Part shown: piece after piece, positions 26,796-37,310 of the stretch
How the letters are laid out: every line of letters begins with the position of its first letter
Numbering within the stretch: the first letter of the stretch is position 1
Assembly: GCA_964387885.1 (NCBI GenBank)
Contig: CAYLYZ010000016.1
Span: 3,352-67,351, forward strand
DNA length: 64,000 bases
Source of the DNA: an uncultured bacterium
Lineage (GTDB): Bacteria; Electryoneota; AABM5-125-24; Hatepunaeales; Hatepunaeaceae
Reading direction: 5' to 3'
Notes under the pieces: model-generated
Database searches by the model: none
Seen by the model: only the letters and a program-made list of their open reading frames with translations
What the model was told of the DNA's origin: nothing
Position numbers and translations under genes: made by a program

Positions 26796-28880
26796 ATGCA
26801 TACGAAATGGTTTGTTATACTGAGTATGATTCTAATTTGTAATAGTACTTTCGCCGGTGAGTGGTCTGCGTATACTTTACGTCCGGATCAACTTCCCGCT
26901 GCTTCAGTCCAACCCAACCGCGATGACCCGCAACCAGATACCCTGTCTTATGATGACGGCAACGGACACCGTGTTTACCCACATCAACTTTTTTCATGCA
27001 ACTGGTTTACCGCACCTGAAGAATTCGAATTGCGAAGCATATACTTCCACCCCTGCAACCACAGGAATAACCAAAATCTCGGTTGCAATGTTTACATTTA
27101 CACTGCTGGTCAAAACGGTCTCCCGGTCGAAAGGTTGTGGACTACCTGGATAGATCCACCGTTGAGGCACGGTTGGAACTCCGTTGACCTTCCTGAGGAA
27201 GATTATATAACATTCGAAGCTGGTGATCACTTTAATATCATCTATGGTCCTTCGTCTGGTGATGCATTCCCGGGTGGTCAGGGAGATGGATGGTGGAATT
27301 TTCTCGATGAGGCGACCAATTCAAATCGCAGTTTTATCTCAGACAATCTTCAAAATCGCTGGACGCTTATCGGAGGAGATTTACTGATTCGTGCCGGAGG
27401 TGAAATTGGAGGGGAATTGCTCGATCTCGGTGTCGATGCCGTTGCAAACGAAATAGAAAAATTCTTCCTGACAGGAATTGAACCCATCTCTTATAATGCA
27501 ACGATTACCAATTATGGTGAAGTTGATGTTGAGGAATTTTCGGTGACATTTTCTGCGCTAATAGTTGGTGAAAATGATCCGGTATGGACAAATACGGTTG
27601 AGTGCGGTAACCTCGCAGTAGATGAAAGCGTCTCCGTGGAGACTGAAGAAGCGTTTGAAGCTTTCGGTGGACTTGGTTATCACATCATTGCGGAAGTTAT
27701 CACAGACGGTGATGACAACCCGGATAACGATGACAACAGTCTCGAACAGATAATTGATTTTCCTGCTGATGTTGGTGAAAACGAAGGTACATGGTTTGGG
27801 TACACCGATGGACACACAGACGGTGGTTTGCAATTCGACGGAGGTGTATTCGGCGTGATGTTCTACCCCCCGGATGACCAGCCGACAAGAGTCACCCGGA
27901 TTCGTGGCAGTGTTGAACCTCAGAACTGGAATGATGTTGAGTTTCGCATCTACATATACGATGGAGAAACATACGATCTGCGCTGGTCGGGAATGGTTGC
28001 ACCATTGATGGATCAGTGGATGGAAGTTGACGTCAGCGATGAAGAAAACCTTACTGCATTCCCGGGAGAGAGCATCCTTGTTGCATATGAATACAGCGAA
28101 CGCATTATGATGCGATTCGACCGTGACCATCCGATAGCCGGATCAAATCCCCTAATGCCGGCAACTATGTTCCAGAGCATTGACGATGGTGAAAGCTGGG
28201 AAGCTCAGGGCATGGGAGATTATGGACTTGAGGTAAGGTTAGCTTATACGGACGAAATCCCGCCACGAGGGATTCTTGAACATAGCCCTGCAGCAATAGA
28301 TTTTGGTAATGCAGTGGATATCGAAATTGGAATCCCGATCGAAAGACAACTTGCACTCCACAATACTGGCAATGCCACAGTCTCTATTGACGATATAAAT
28401 ATCGGAGAAGAATTCACCGATGAGTTTTCATTCAGCGATACAGAGTTCGATATTCTTCAGGCAGACAGCTTTATTGTTACGCTGACATGGACACCGGAAG
28501 ATCTGGATTTACTGGAAACTGAAATTACAATTTCCAATGACTCCGAAAATGAGACATACACAATTCCCGTAATAGGCAATAATCTTGGAATTGATGGAAA
28601 TACCTCGAATGCTCCGACTGAATTTGGGCTTTCAACCGCTTATCCCAATCCATTTAACAGTTCAACTCAGCTTTCTTTCAGTTTACCATTTACAAGCGAA
28701 ACCATGCTGACAGTTTACGACATTAATGGCGCGGAAATCACACAATTGGTGAAGGGTGAGTTTCAAACCGGTAGTTATGATATAACCTGGAATGCGAACA
28801 ATGTTTCTTCAGGTGTGTATTACATTCGACTTGAAGCCGGAATCTTTATTGATACAGAAAAGGTTGTTCTAATCCGATAG
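26796..28880 (+). CDS. secreted protein with T9SS (Por) C-terminal sorting domain, function unknown
   Basis: GGAGG RBS and a signal peptide. C-terminus AYPNPFNSSTQLSFSL...GVYYIRLEAG...VVLIR. Confidence 0.7.
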   Translation: MHTKWFVILSMILICNSTFAGEWSAYTLRPDQLPAASVQPNRDDPQPDTLSYDDGNGHRVYPHQLFSCNWFTAPEEFELRSIYFHPCNHRNNQNLGCNVYIYTAGQNGLPVERLWTTWIDPPLRHGWNSVDLPEEDYITFEAGDHFNIIYGPSSGDAFPGGQGDGWWNFLDEATNSNRSFISDNLQNRWTLIGGDLLIRAGGEIGGELLDLGVDAVANEIEKFFLTGIEPISYNATITNYGEVDVEEFSVTFSALIVGENDPVWTNTVECGNLAVDESVSVETEEAFEAFGGLGYHIIAEVITDGDDNPDNDDNSLEQIIDFPADVGENEGTWFGYTDGHTDGGLQFDGGVFGVMFYPPDDQPTRVTRIRGSVEPQNWNDVEFRIYIYDGETYDLRWSGMVAPLMDQWMEVDVSDEENLTAFPGESILVAYEYSERIMMRFDRDHPIAGSNPLMPATMFQSIDDGESWEAQGMGDYGLEVRLAYTDEIPPRGILEHSPAAIDFGNAVDIEIGIPIERQLALHNTGNATVSIDDINIGEEFTDEFSFSDTEFDILQADSFIVTLTWTPEDLDLLETEITISNDSENETYTIPVIGNNLGIDGNTSNAPTEFGLSTAYPNPFNSSTQLSFSLPFTSETMLTVYDINGAEITQLVKGEFQTGSYDITWNANNVSSGVYYIRLEAGIFIDTEKVVLIR

Positions 28881-29363
28881 AATAATTTTATACGAGTCGG
28901 ATTGTTACTTAGGATTTGCTGAATAACTTTTAACATTAAGATAAATAAAGATTTGAAAGATGAGAGTTGGTGCTCAACTACAAGGATATTTATCGATTTC
29001 AGGGAATAACTTACATTCATCAGTCGACCTCAACCCCCCTTTAATTCCCCTCCCCGCCTTCGCGAGGACAGGCTCTTCAATAGAAGGGGGGAGAACTATC
29101 TCTCCTCCTGCTATCGCAGGGAGGGATTTAGGGGGGTAAAAAAAACGAGCAAGAACGGAAATGCAAGCCTTATGACTTATTCAGCAGACCTTACTTATAG
29201 CACCTCTTGAAAGTAGTGCCTATCAAACGAAGTGAATCAATCTCTTAAAAGGTGTATATACAAACAGATCGCTTCGTCTCTTCGTTCCTCGCGAAGACGA
29301 ATATCAGTCATTACTTTCGGGAAATGTTATAACAATAATCCGACTGCTAAAATCACGCTTTCA

Positions 29364-30434
29364 TCACCGTCCGGGGTGTCCGTATTCCTCGCTATCCATT
29401 CTGTTTATATGATACCGCACTTCATCAGAACTCAAACTATTCTGCCAGATACCAAAAGAGCGAGCCCCGACATAACCGATGAGGAATATCCCGAGAGTAA
29501 TAACTGCTAATTGAAACGGAGTCAGGGAATCCTTTCGGGTCCCGATCTCGAGAGCCTCCGGGACCGGGCAGGATGTAACGCAATCTCCACAGCCGATGCA
29601 CTCCGGATCAATTATTCGTAATTTGGTATCAACCGGAAGTCTCGCCGGACAAATCTGCTCGCAGATACCGCAATCCGTGCAAGTCACGGGATCACGTCTC
29701 ACCTTGATTGGGCTCATCCAACTGAACAGACCCATAAGAGCTCCATACGGGCATAAGTACCGACACCAGAAACTGTGAATTAGTATTGACAAGAGGATCA
29801 ATCCAATAAGAATCCCTGCAGCAAGGCCACTTAAATTCAGGAAGAACATCCCCATTTTAACATCGGAAATTTTGTTATATGGGCTTTCTATGAATGCACG
29901 TAAACTCTCAGCTGACATGTTAAGAATTGCCCAGGCGAAAAATGCAAGGAGGAAGTATTTTATCCCGCGCAGGCTGAAGTCAAGCCAGTCGGGCAGCCTG
30001 AAATTACGCTTGAATATCAGTTGCCCGATTCGAGCAAGCCATTCTGAGATAAATCCTACAGGGCAGATCCATCCACAGAATGCCTTCCGTACAACGATAG
30101 ATATCAAGATAAATAATAAAAACAGGACGGTTGCTGCCGGGTGAATATCATTGAGTACCCCCTGCCTTATCCAATCAATCAGACCCATAAATCCACTGAT
30201 CGGTAAGTATCCTTCAACTCCGGGAGGACGAGGCGGGAGTTCTCCATGTTCTGAAGTTAGAGCAGAACTTACAAAGTTTGCGAACATTACTCCAAGGACA
30301 ATTGAGGTTAATACGAATCCAAGCTGCACACCTAATCGCCAAACTGACGTCCTCGCTGTACCAAGTTTGAGTGAGAATTTCTTTTTATTCCACTTGAGTC
30401 GCGGTCTTTTCTTTACCAATTTGTTTCTACTCAA
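29364..30434 (-). CDS. NapH/MauN-like membrane polyferredoxin (4Fe-4S binding protein)
   Basis: TM helices with CGWICP and CRYLCPYGALMG. Two ferredoxin clusters, CTDCGICEQICP and CIGCGDCVTSCP. Confidence 0.75.
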   Translation of the reverse strand: MSRNKLVKKRPRLKWNKKKFSLKLGTARTSVWRLGVQLGFVLTSIVLGVMFANFVSSALTSEHGELPPRPPGVEGYLPISGFMGLIDWIRQGVLNDIHPAATVLFLLFILISIVVRKAFCGWICPVGFISEWLARIGQLIFKRNFRLPDWLDFSLRGIKYFLLAFFAWAILNMSAESLRAFIESPYNKISDVKMGMFFLNLSGLAAGILIGLILLSILIHSFWCRYLCPYGALMGLFSWMSPIKVRRDPVTCTDCGICEQICPARLPVDTKLRIIDPECIGCGDCVTSCPVPEALEIGTRKDSLTPFQLAVITLGIFLIGYVGARSFGIWQNSLSSDEVRYHINRMDSEEYGHPGR

Positions 30435-30830
30435 TCTGTTGATGTTTTAGCATTTCTTAAAAGTAATGACAGTGTGCGCAAAGCGAACCAATCTCTTATA
30501 TCACACATTTCCAAACGGATCGTTTTGTCTCTATTCTCCTCTCGACAAAGTACATTATTTATTACTCTCGACAAATACTATACTCATTGTTTTTTTGGTG
30601 CTGTTATTGGTTTATAACACTGCCTGGAAGTTTATCAAGCCCTTTAGATTCGCTAAGATAAGAGGGCTCAATAAATTGGCCCCTACGCGAAACTAAACAA
30701 TTGCTTCATAAAACGAAATTACTTTTGAGCAACAGTATAATCCCTTATTATATAACGAAATATTGGTACTTAAATTTGAAAGATGCTTACATTCTATTTG
30801 ACTTTTTCAAGTTTATTGGGATTATTCTAA

Positions 30831-30883
30831 CAAACAAAAAAAGAAGCAACTCACTACTCGACGACGAGTTGAGAGTTGCTTCT
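30831..30883 (-). terminator. rho-independent terminator of the S8 peptidase gene
   Basis: On the minus strand, AGAAGCAACTC...GAGTTGCTTCT forms a long hairpin followed by TTTTTTTGTTTG, about 55 nt after the stop at 30937. Confidence 0.6.
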
Positions 30884-30936
30884 TAAATATCACATACAAT
30901 CCCGAGTTTAACTTTCAGGAGAGTAGAAAATCAAAA

Positions 30937-33666
30937 TTATTTCACAAGTATCATCTTGCGAACTGTCGAACCTTTTTCATGAATCAGTCTGAAGAAGTAC
31001 TCACCAGCAGGCACACCGGCTGCATCCCAAACGAAATTGGCGTATCCCGGAGCGTGGTAACCTTCATGAAGTCTGGCAATACTGCGTCCGTGAACATCGA
31101 CAACATCAAGCCGGAAATCACCGACTTCCGGGATTCTTACCCTGACTTCAGTAGTAGCGTTGAACGGATTAGGCCACGGTTGGCTCATGTTGAAAGTCTG
31201 TGGCATCGGACGTTGCGGATTGTCATTAACTCCGACTTCAAACAATGAATCGAGAACCACCTCGATAAACTCATGACGCTGAGAAGTTCCACCAAGTCCG
31301 GCAGCAGCTTCTAACGCAAAACCAACATAAATTGCGGTATATCCGTCTTCCTGCTCATATATGGTTGCCCCTACATCCTCCGAGTTTCCATAGGTGAACA
31401 ATGGCTGAGCACCTTCAAGAGGTTCGAGAATACTTGGGAATCTGCTATTTGCAGCAGCTGTACCTCCAAGCAAAAGGAATCTCATTCCATCTGTTAACTC
31501 ATTTCCTTCAATACCCATTGGTTCTCTTGAGTTGCTGTTACCCGAATATCCTGCATACAGATAATCTGTAAAGAATTCTGAGTTACCATGATCATCACCG
31601 AGGTATTGACCAACTATAATCAGCTTTCCTCCGTTATCGAGGTAATCCTGAAGTATAAGCATTTCTTCTTCAGCTAATGCGTCTCGCTCATTTCCAGTAA
31701 ACCAGAATACGACGGGAAAACCATTTAACCACTCTTGATCAGGCCACCATTCTTCGGCAACCATGTCCCAGTATCCATAGGTAAAAGGTCTGACCCCCAT
31801 ATCTTCCTTATAATACTTCTCAATATCTTCACCACCATCGTCATCGATAATTGCATAATACGGATAGCCAATCGTTACAGGAATTTCAAATTCCTGTGAC
31901 CAACCTTCATTGGATGTTACAGAAATCTCAAATGTTGAGAAATGAGGGTGTGACCAAGCCATTGTAAAAGCCGGTGCCTGGTTATCTTCGACTTCTAATC
32001 TATCACCTGCATCAATATTCCCAATTCTACCGCGACGGTTTGTAAATCTGACGGTTCGATCATCGGAGCGTATGCTGTACCTGACGTTAGTTGCGTCTGT
32101 GTATCCTTCTGTATTGCTGATCGTTATAGGCATATGGAAGATTTCATGAGGTTCAGGTATACCGTTATCGTTACCTTCAATCTCATCAAAATCCCATCTG
32201 TGAACACTGAAATCCGGATGTGTGCTGTTTAACAGTTTATCTGCATCGATTCTATATTCGATTCCGGGATAATTTTCATTGCGTTCAGCAATATTAACAG
32301 CCGTATCCTGCATTCTTCTCAACATCTGTTCAGCATCCAGATCCGGTGTGACTGAAAGCAGTAGCGCCCCTGTACCGCAAGCAAATGGGGAAGACATTGA
32401 TGTTCCCTGTGTAGATATATAGGTATTATGCGGCCATGCAGATAGCATATCAACTCCGGGAGCTACTATATCCGTAAAATCTCCCCAGTTTGAAAAATCT
32501 GCTTTGCGGTCCCCGCTTGTAGTTGCGCCGACTCCAATAACATCATCGTATGCACATGGGTAAAAGTGATCTCGACCACCTGCAAAATCACCTGTATCAT
32601 CATTTCCAGTTCCAGCGAATATTATTACGCCTTCTGCTTGCGCAAACTCAACAGCATCTCTGTTTCGCGGATTCGCACCACCAAAGTGCCCCCATGACAA
32701 ATTGATGACATCAGCACCATTTGAAGCACAATATATAATTCCCTGATGGACATTCCGCGACATGCTTTCCGAATCTTGTGCATTGTAGCAAGCGGCAATC
32801 ATTAATTTACAACTGAAAGCAGCTCCTGAAATTCCAATTCCGTTGTCAGTATCTCCGGATGCTAAACCAGCAACATGGGTGCCATGACCACCACCGTTAT
32901 CCGGTCCATGGGCATCATTTGGCCAGTTGTGATTTGCTTCGAAATCCCATCCAAAAAAGTCATCGATATATCCATTGTCATCATTATCCTGACCATCCCA
33001 ATCATCAATATCACTGTAAACACCGTCACCATTGGCATCTTCACCAAGGTTAAACCAAAGATTTATAAGGAAGTCATCGTGAATAACCATTGAATCATCA
33101 CCATATATATCCATATCTAAGCCACTGTCGACGATTCCAATAATGACATCCTCATCACCTTGCGAAACGTCCCAGGCTTTCTCAAATCCACATTTATGCA
33201 AATGCCATTGTGTTCTATAGCGAGGATCATTGGGGACATAAATTGGTTTTTCGATTGTTACAAATGCGGTGTTTTCAAGCTCAATGCAGTTATGATATGC
33301 TGCTTTTACCTCAAATAAATCAAAGTCTTCAGGAAAGTTCACATAATACCATCTGTCAAGATCATCTGCTTTGGGATTATCAAAAGCCTTTTCAGGGATT
33401 ATGTGCGCCTTTTCAATTTCGTAAACTCCGAAAATATCGGCTACTGCATCAAGTGATTGAATACCTGTAACAGCGATGTTGTCATATAGATTAAGATTCA
33501 AGGGAGCGTGCGTCGCATGGATCTTTATTAAAATCTGGTTTGTAAAAACATTTTCCCCCGGTCGAACTCCAGGATACTCATCACCAGCAATGACACAGGA
33601 AAAGATCGAGATTGTTACGAAAACAATCGCTATTGTAATCTGCGTCAGTCGTGAACGGTCTAGCAT
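30937..33666 (-). CDS. S8-family (subtilisin-like) serine peptidase with T9SS C-terminal sorting domain
   Basis: Catalytic triad contexts IGIVDSGLD, HGTHVAGL and GTSMSSPF. C-terminus WPNPFNATTEVRV...GEYFFRL. Confidence 0.9.
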   Translation of the reverse strand: MLDRSRLTQITIAIVFVTISIFSCVIAGDEYPGVRPGENVFTNQILIKIHATHAPLNLNLYDNIAVTGIQSLDAVADIFGVYEIEKAHIIPEKAFDNPKADDLDRWYYVNFPEDFDLFEVKAAYHNCIELENTAFVTIEKPIYVPNDPRYRTQWHLHKCGFEKAWDVSQGDEDVIIGIVDSGLDMDIYGDDSMVIHDDFLINLWFNLGEDANGDGVYSDIDDWDGQDNDDNGYIDDFFGWDFEANHNWPNDAHGPDNGGGHGTHVAGLASGDTDNGIGISGAAFSCKLMIAACYNAQDSESMSRNVHQGIIYCASNGADVINLSWGHFGGANPRNRDAVEFAQAEGVIIFAGTGNDDTGDFAGGRDHFYPCAYDDVIGVGATTSGDRKADFSNWGDFTDIVAPGVDMLSAWPHNTYISTQGTSMSSPFACGTGALLLSVTPDLDAEQMLRRMQDTAVNIAERNENYPGIEYRIDADKLLNSTHPDFSVHRWDFDEIEGNDNGIPEPHEIFHMPITISNTEGYTDATNVRYSIRSDDRTVRFTNRRGRIGNIDAGDRLEVEDNQAPAFTMAWSHPHFSTFEISVTSNEGWSQEFEIPVTIGYPYYAIIDDDGGEDIEKYYKEDMGVRPFTYGYWDMVAEEWWPDQEWLNGFPVVFWFTGNERDALAEEEMLILQDYLDNGGKLIIVGQYLGDDHGNSEFFTDYLYAGYSGNSNSREPMGIEGNELTDGMRFLLLGGTAAANSRFPSILEPLEGAQPLFTYGNSEDVGATIYEQEDGYTAIYVGFALEAAAGLGGTSQRHEFIEVVLDSLFEVGVNDNPQRPMPQTFNMSQPWPNPFNATTEVRVRIPEVGDFRLDVVDVHGRSIARLHEGYHAPGYANFVWDAAGVPAGEYFFRLIHEKGSTVRKMILVK

Positions 33667-33874
33667 TGATACCTCTCAATGTTTGCTTATTATTTTTCAA
33701 CACGAACCGCGATGGACCGGACGTGTTGCCATCTTTTGTATCTTCCGGATACAGAATTTAAAAGTTAAAACCAAATCGTAAATAAGTCAACCTTGAATTC
33801 CGAACTAATGTCAACAGGGTTGACTCTCGATCAGGATTAATATATATTAATTGCGATTTGTTTGGATGCGAATT

Positions 33875-33948
33875 GGCGGAGTAGCTCAGCTGGTCAGAGC
33901 AGCGGAATCATAATCCGCGTGTCGGGGGTTCAAGTCCCTCCTCCGCTA
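33875..33948 (+). tRNA. tRNA-Met (anticodon CAT); tRNA-Ile2 (lysidine) cannot be excluded
   Basis: Manual cloverleaf: GGCGGAG/CTCCGCT acceptor (G1-U72), GCTC/GAGC D stem, GCGGA-ATCATAA-TCCGC anticodon arm, GGGGG-TTCAAGT-CCCTC T arm. 74 nt, no encoded CCA. Confidence 0.85.
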
Positions 33949-33971
33949 CTACCCTTTGGATCATTGCACAG

Positions 33972-34001
33972 CCTTCGTCAGTCAGACGAAGGTTTTTATT
34001 T
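33972..34001 (+). terminator. rho-independent terminator after the tRNA
   Basis: CCTTCGTC (33972-33979), loop AGTCA, GACGAAGG (33985-33992), then TTTTTATTTT. Confidence 0.6.
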
Positions 34002-34019
34002 TCAGACTTGGATATTTAC

Positions 34020-35120
34020 ATGATCATTGCTGAAATATGTTTTTCCAAAGCCTGGGGCGGACTCGAGATGAAATTCATCGAGGATGCCCGTCTGTTAAGA
34101 GAGCGCGGTCATTCTGTCCATACATTTACTTCTCCCGGATCAGCAGTAATCACTCCCCTGAAGGATATCGGATTTGATCCAGTCCTTCTCAACGTCAGGA
34201 AATACTTCTCACCCCTCTCAACAATCCGAATGGCAAGTTTCTTCCGTAAGTCAAAGATCGATTCCGTACACATGCATCAGTCTGTCGACCTTGGACCAGC
34301 GCTTCTTGCAGCTCAATTAGCTGGTGTTCCAAGCCGAGTATTCACATTGCGGATGGAATCCGCTAAAAAAAAGAACGATCTCTACCATCGCTGGATATAT
34401 TCCAATCTCACATCAGTCTTAACTATAACAAAACGACTGCGAAAAATTGTGATAGATAACCGTCCGATATCTGCAACTAAGGTTCATTGCCTGTATAACG
34501 GTCTTGATATAAAGAAATTAACTGAAGGTGTTGAAACGAGATCCACTATCCGAAGCAGGTGGAAAATCAATAAGGATTCATATATTTGCGGTATTGTCGG
34601 AAGACTCGATCCTCTCAAGGGGCAGCGGGTATTAATTAAGGCAGCAACAATACTTAAAAGCCGGATCCCGAACCTCATCTTAATGATAGTCGGTGATGAA
34701 ACTGCTGGTGAAGAGGGCGAGTTGCTAATTCTGAAAGGATTGGTGGAAGAGTCCGGGCTCGAATCGAGGGTAATTTTCACTGGACATCAGTCACCCCCGG
34801 GTTCAATTGTGCCTGCATTTGACGTGGCGGTAATGGCAACCAAACGGGAGACATTTGGCAACGTTGCGGTTGAATCTTCGGCTCTTGGAATACCGACAAT
34901 TGCTACCAATGCTGGTGGTGCTCCAGAAATTATAGAGGATGGAGTTAATGGTTTGTTAGTGACACCTGAAGATCCACAGGCTTTTGCGGAGGCTATTGAA
35001 AAGTTGTATCATGAGCCGGAATTAAGAGGGAAAATGGGGGAGGTTGGGAGAAGGTTGATGTCGGAGAAGTTTTCGGTTGAGAGGCATGTGGTTGGGTTGG
35101 AAAAGGCCTTGGGGGAATAA
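34020..35120 (+). CDS. GT4-family (GT-B) glycosyltransferase
   Basis: N-terminal GGLEMKFIEDA pattern. C-terminal E(x7)E region ETFGNVAVESSALGIPTIATNAGGAPEIIEDGVNGLL. Confidence 0.85.
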   Translation: MIIAEICFSKAWGGLEMKFIEDARLLRERGHSVHTFTSPGSAVITPLKDIGFDPVLLNVRKYFSPLSTIRMASFFRKSKIDSVHMHQSVDLGPALLAAQLAGVPSRVFTLRMESAKKKNDLYHRWIYSNLTSVLTITKRLRKIVIDNRPISATKVHCLYNGLDIKKLTEGVETRSTIRSRWKINKDSYICGIVGRLDPLKGQRVLIKAATILKSRIPNLILMIVGDETAGEEGELLILKGLVEESGLESRVIFTGHQSPPGSIVPAFDVAVMATKRETFGNVAVESSALGIPTIATNAGGAPEIIEDGVNGLLVTPEDPQAFAEAIEKLYHEPELRGKMGEVGRRLMSEKFSVERHVVGLEKALGE

Positions 35121-35289
35121 TCATTAGTTCGTTATCATAGATAATATCGTTACAACAACGAAAACTTGCATTTACGAAATTACATAAGCATATTGAATTG
35201 GTGGTGTGTCCAATTTGAGATAGACAGTAAAGATTAAAGTTTGAAGTATAATCTTCTGTTTAACAAGATTTTACTTTGCAGGAGAGAAA

Positions 35290-36333
35290 ATGATAACATC
35301 TTTAGAGATAAAAAATTACAAGTGTTTCAAGGAAATTACTCTGCCCAATCTATCGAGGATCAATCTTTTTTCAGGATCTAATAGTGTCGGGAAAAGTGCA
35401 ATTTTGGAAGCAATCTGGTTAAATAATGGATATTATAATCCTCATGTGGAATTTCAAACATATACATTTAGAGGCTTCACGACTTTTCAAAAAGACAATT
35501 TGATGAAGGATTTGTTCCACAATTTCACCTACTCAAATAAAATCATTCTCATCTGTAAGGGTGAAACTGATATATATTGCCGATCACATACCATAGAGTC
35601 TTTTGATCTAGAATCCTTTTCCACTGACAATGGAAAAGATGGAACATCATTTGATAGTACACTTCGCAATCAAAAGGGAATAAAAACTACCACCAATATA
35701 AAGAATCACGACTCTGAATCAACTCAATTGTATTTCAAGGGAGATGAATTGGTTGCCCAAAAAGCAAGAGAGCTTATTGCAAACAGCATATATGTTCAGA
35801 GCAAAGGAAGCGATTTTAATGAAGAAGAATTTGATGCATATACACTTCTGTCTGAGGAAGGAAAGAAGAAACTATTGGTAACTGCACTTCAAGAGTTTGA
35901 TCCATATTTTGAGGGAATAGAAATTGGCTCGAAAGGTGGCAAAAAATATTTTCAGATAAAGGTCTCTTATCTACAGCAGGCTATACCAATGAATTTTCTA
36001 GGGAATGGAATTGTACATCTGATGCATTGTATATTAGCAATTATTAGAGCAAAAAGTGGTTCAGTAATGGTAGATGAAATCGAAAATGGCATTTACCACG
36101 AGAACTTAGGTATAATTTGGACACAACTACATAAACTTGCGGAAAAATTCAACGTTCAAATATTTGCATCAACCCATAGCTATGAATGTATTCGCGAAGC
36201 CCATAATGCATTAAAGGGCAAAGATGCTTTGAAGGTCTTTCGGTTACAGAGATCAGATTCGGATATCGAAGCTATCGAGTATAATGAAGAATCCTTAGGC
36301 GCATCGCTTAAATTCAACATGGAGATCCGGTAA
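35290..36333 (+). CDS. ABC-type (AAA_21/AAA_15-like) ATPase, small form
   Basis: N-terminal LEIKNYKCFKE. Walker A is FSGSNSVGKSA. Walker B is VMVDEIENGIYHENL. H-loop is IFASTHSYE. Confidence 0.8.
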   Translation: MITSLEIKNYKCFKEITLPNLSRINLFSGSNSVGKSAILEAIWLNNGYYNPHVEFQTYTFRGFTTFQKDNLMKDLFHNFTYSNKIILICKGETDIYCRSHTIESFDLESFSTDNGKDGTSFDSTLRNQKGIKTTTNIKNHDSESTQLYFKGDELVAQKARELIANSIYVQSKGSDFNEEEFDAYTLLSEEGKKKLLVTALQEFDPYFEGIEIGSKGGKKYFQIKVSYLQQAIPMNFLGNGIVHLMHCILAIIRAKSGSVMVDEIENGIYHENLGIIWTQLHKLAEKFNVQIFASTHSYECIREAHNALKGKDALKVFRLQRSDSDIEAIEYNEESLGASLKFNMEIR

Positions 36334-36983
36334 TGGTTGATGAGTCTATTGACCAATTAATAACTATTGGATTTAATAAGCAGAATCTCATTTTATGTGA
36401 AGGAATAACCGATAAAGACTTTTTTGAAATACTTATTCAAAGAAACTCAGAACTCAATCCTTTTAAGGATCAATTTCAAATTGAGTCGTTTTCTGGTGTG
36501 GAGACATTTACACGAGAATATGTAAAAACCATCCGAGTTACACCAGGATTTAAAAATATCAGAAAAATTCTGATTGTTGCGGATTTTGATGATGGTTTAA
36601 AGAATCGTTTCGATTCGATTAGAAATGCCTTATCAAAAAATAACTTACCCTCACCCGACAAACTTGGAATCTGGTCGGAGGATTCACCTGGTATTCAGAT
36701 ATACTTGTTTCCAAATAATAAAGGTACAGGCATGCTTGAAACACTTTGCTGGAATTCAATTGGGGACACTGAACTACAGAAATGTGTATCTAGGTATGAG
36801 GAATGTATTGAGGGTACTGGTGTGAAAATCAAAAATCCGGATAAAATGCGAATGTTTTCATTTATCGCAGCTCATTCAAGGTCATGTAATGTTGGAGTTG
36901 CTGCTAAAGTTAAAATTATTGATGTAACTTCTGAGACATTTTCGGATATTAGAAGAGTTTTACTTGAGATGATTGAAGGTTAG
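36333..36983 (+). CDS. Toprim-like / DUF3226-like partner protein of the ATPase
   Basis: The start ATG overlaps the ATPase stop (TAATG). Motifs are LILCEGITDKDFFEIL (Toprim-type acidic motif), ILIVADFDDG, and GIQIYLFPNNKGTGMLETL. Confidence 0.55.
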   Translation: MVDESIDQLITIGFNKQNLILCEGITDKDFFEILIQRNSELNPFKDQFQIESFSGVETFTREYVKTIRVTPGFKNIRKILIVADFDDGLKNRFDSIRNALSKNNLPSPDKLGIWSEDSPGIQIYLFPNNKGTGMLETLCWNSIGDTELQKCVSRYEECIEGTGVKIKNPDKMRMFSFIAAHSRSCNVGVAAKVKIIDVTSETFSDIRRVLLEMIEG

Positions 36984-37001
36984 TGGTTTACAAGTTGATT
37001 A

Positions 37002-37310
37002 TTAAATCCGACTCGTCCCACACTTCCAACATTCTGTAAATTGACCTTCACTCTCTTCACCGCATTTGGGACAGATCCAGTGCGTGTTGTCTGACTCAGG
37101 TTCGGCGATTGCGACATCAACTAACTTCTTGGCTTCCGGGAATTGCTCATCGAATACCCATAACTCAGCCCAGCATTCGATCGGGGGGACTTCTCCGACA
37201 ACTCCGGCAAGTTTATCGTTCTTAATTATGCAGTCAATTTTATTGCTTTCGAGCATGTGCTTTATCGGATAGAGCATTGCAGCATCGGGATTACTATAAA
37301 CTCTTTTCAT
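37002..37310 (-). CDS. DUF2007-like small protein with C-terminal zinc ribbon
   Basis: MKRVYSNPDAAMLYPIKHMLESNKIDCIIKND resembles DUF2007. The C-terminus is CPKCGEE...CWKCG. The internal ATG at 37310 is preferred over the ORF start at 37385. Confidence 0.55.
   Translation of the reverse strand: MKRVYSNPDAAMLYPIKHMLESNKIDCIIKNDKLAGVVGEVPPIECWAELWVFDEQFPEAKKLVDVAIAEPESDNTHWICPKCGEESEGQFTECWKCGTSRI

Noticed and set aside
30466-30886. Two plus-strand ORFs (76 and 61 aa) in the AT-rich gap between the polyferredoxin and the S8 peptidase genes.
   Set aside because: There is no RBS, the peptides are low-complexity and hydrophobic or Lys-rich, and the second ORF overlaps the peptidase terminator hairpin. 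They are probably non-coding.
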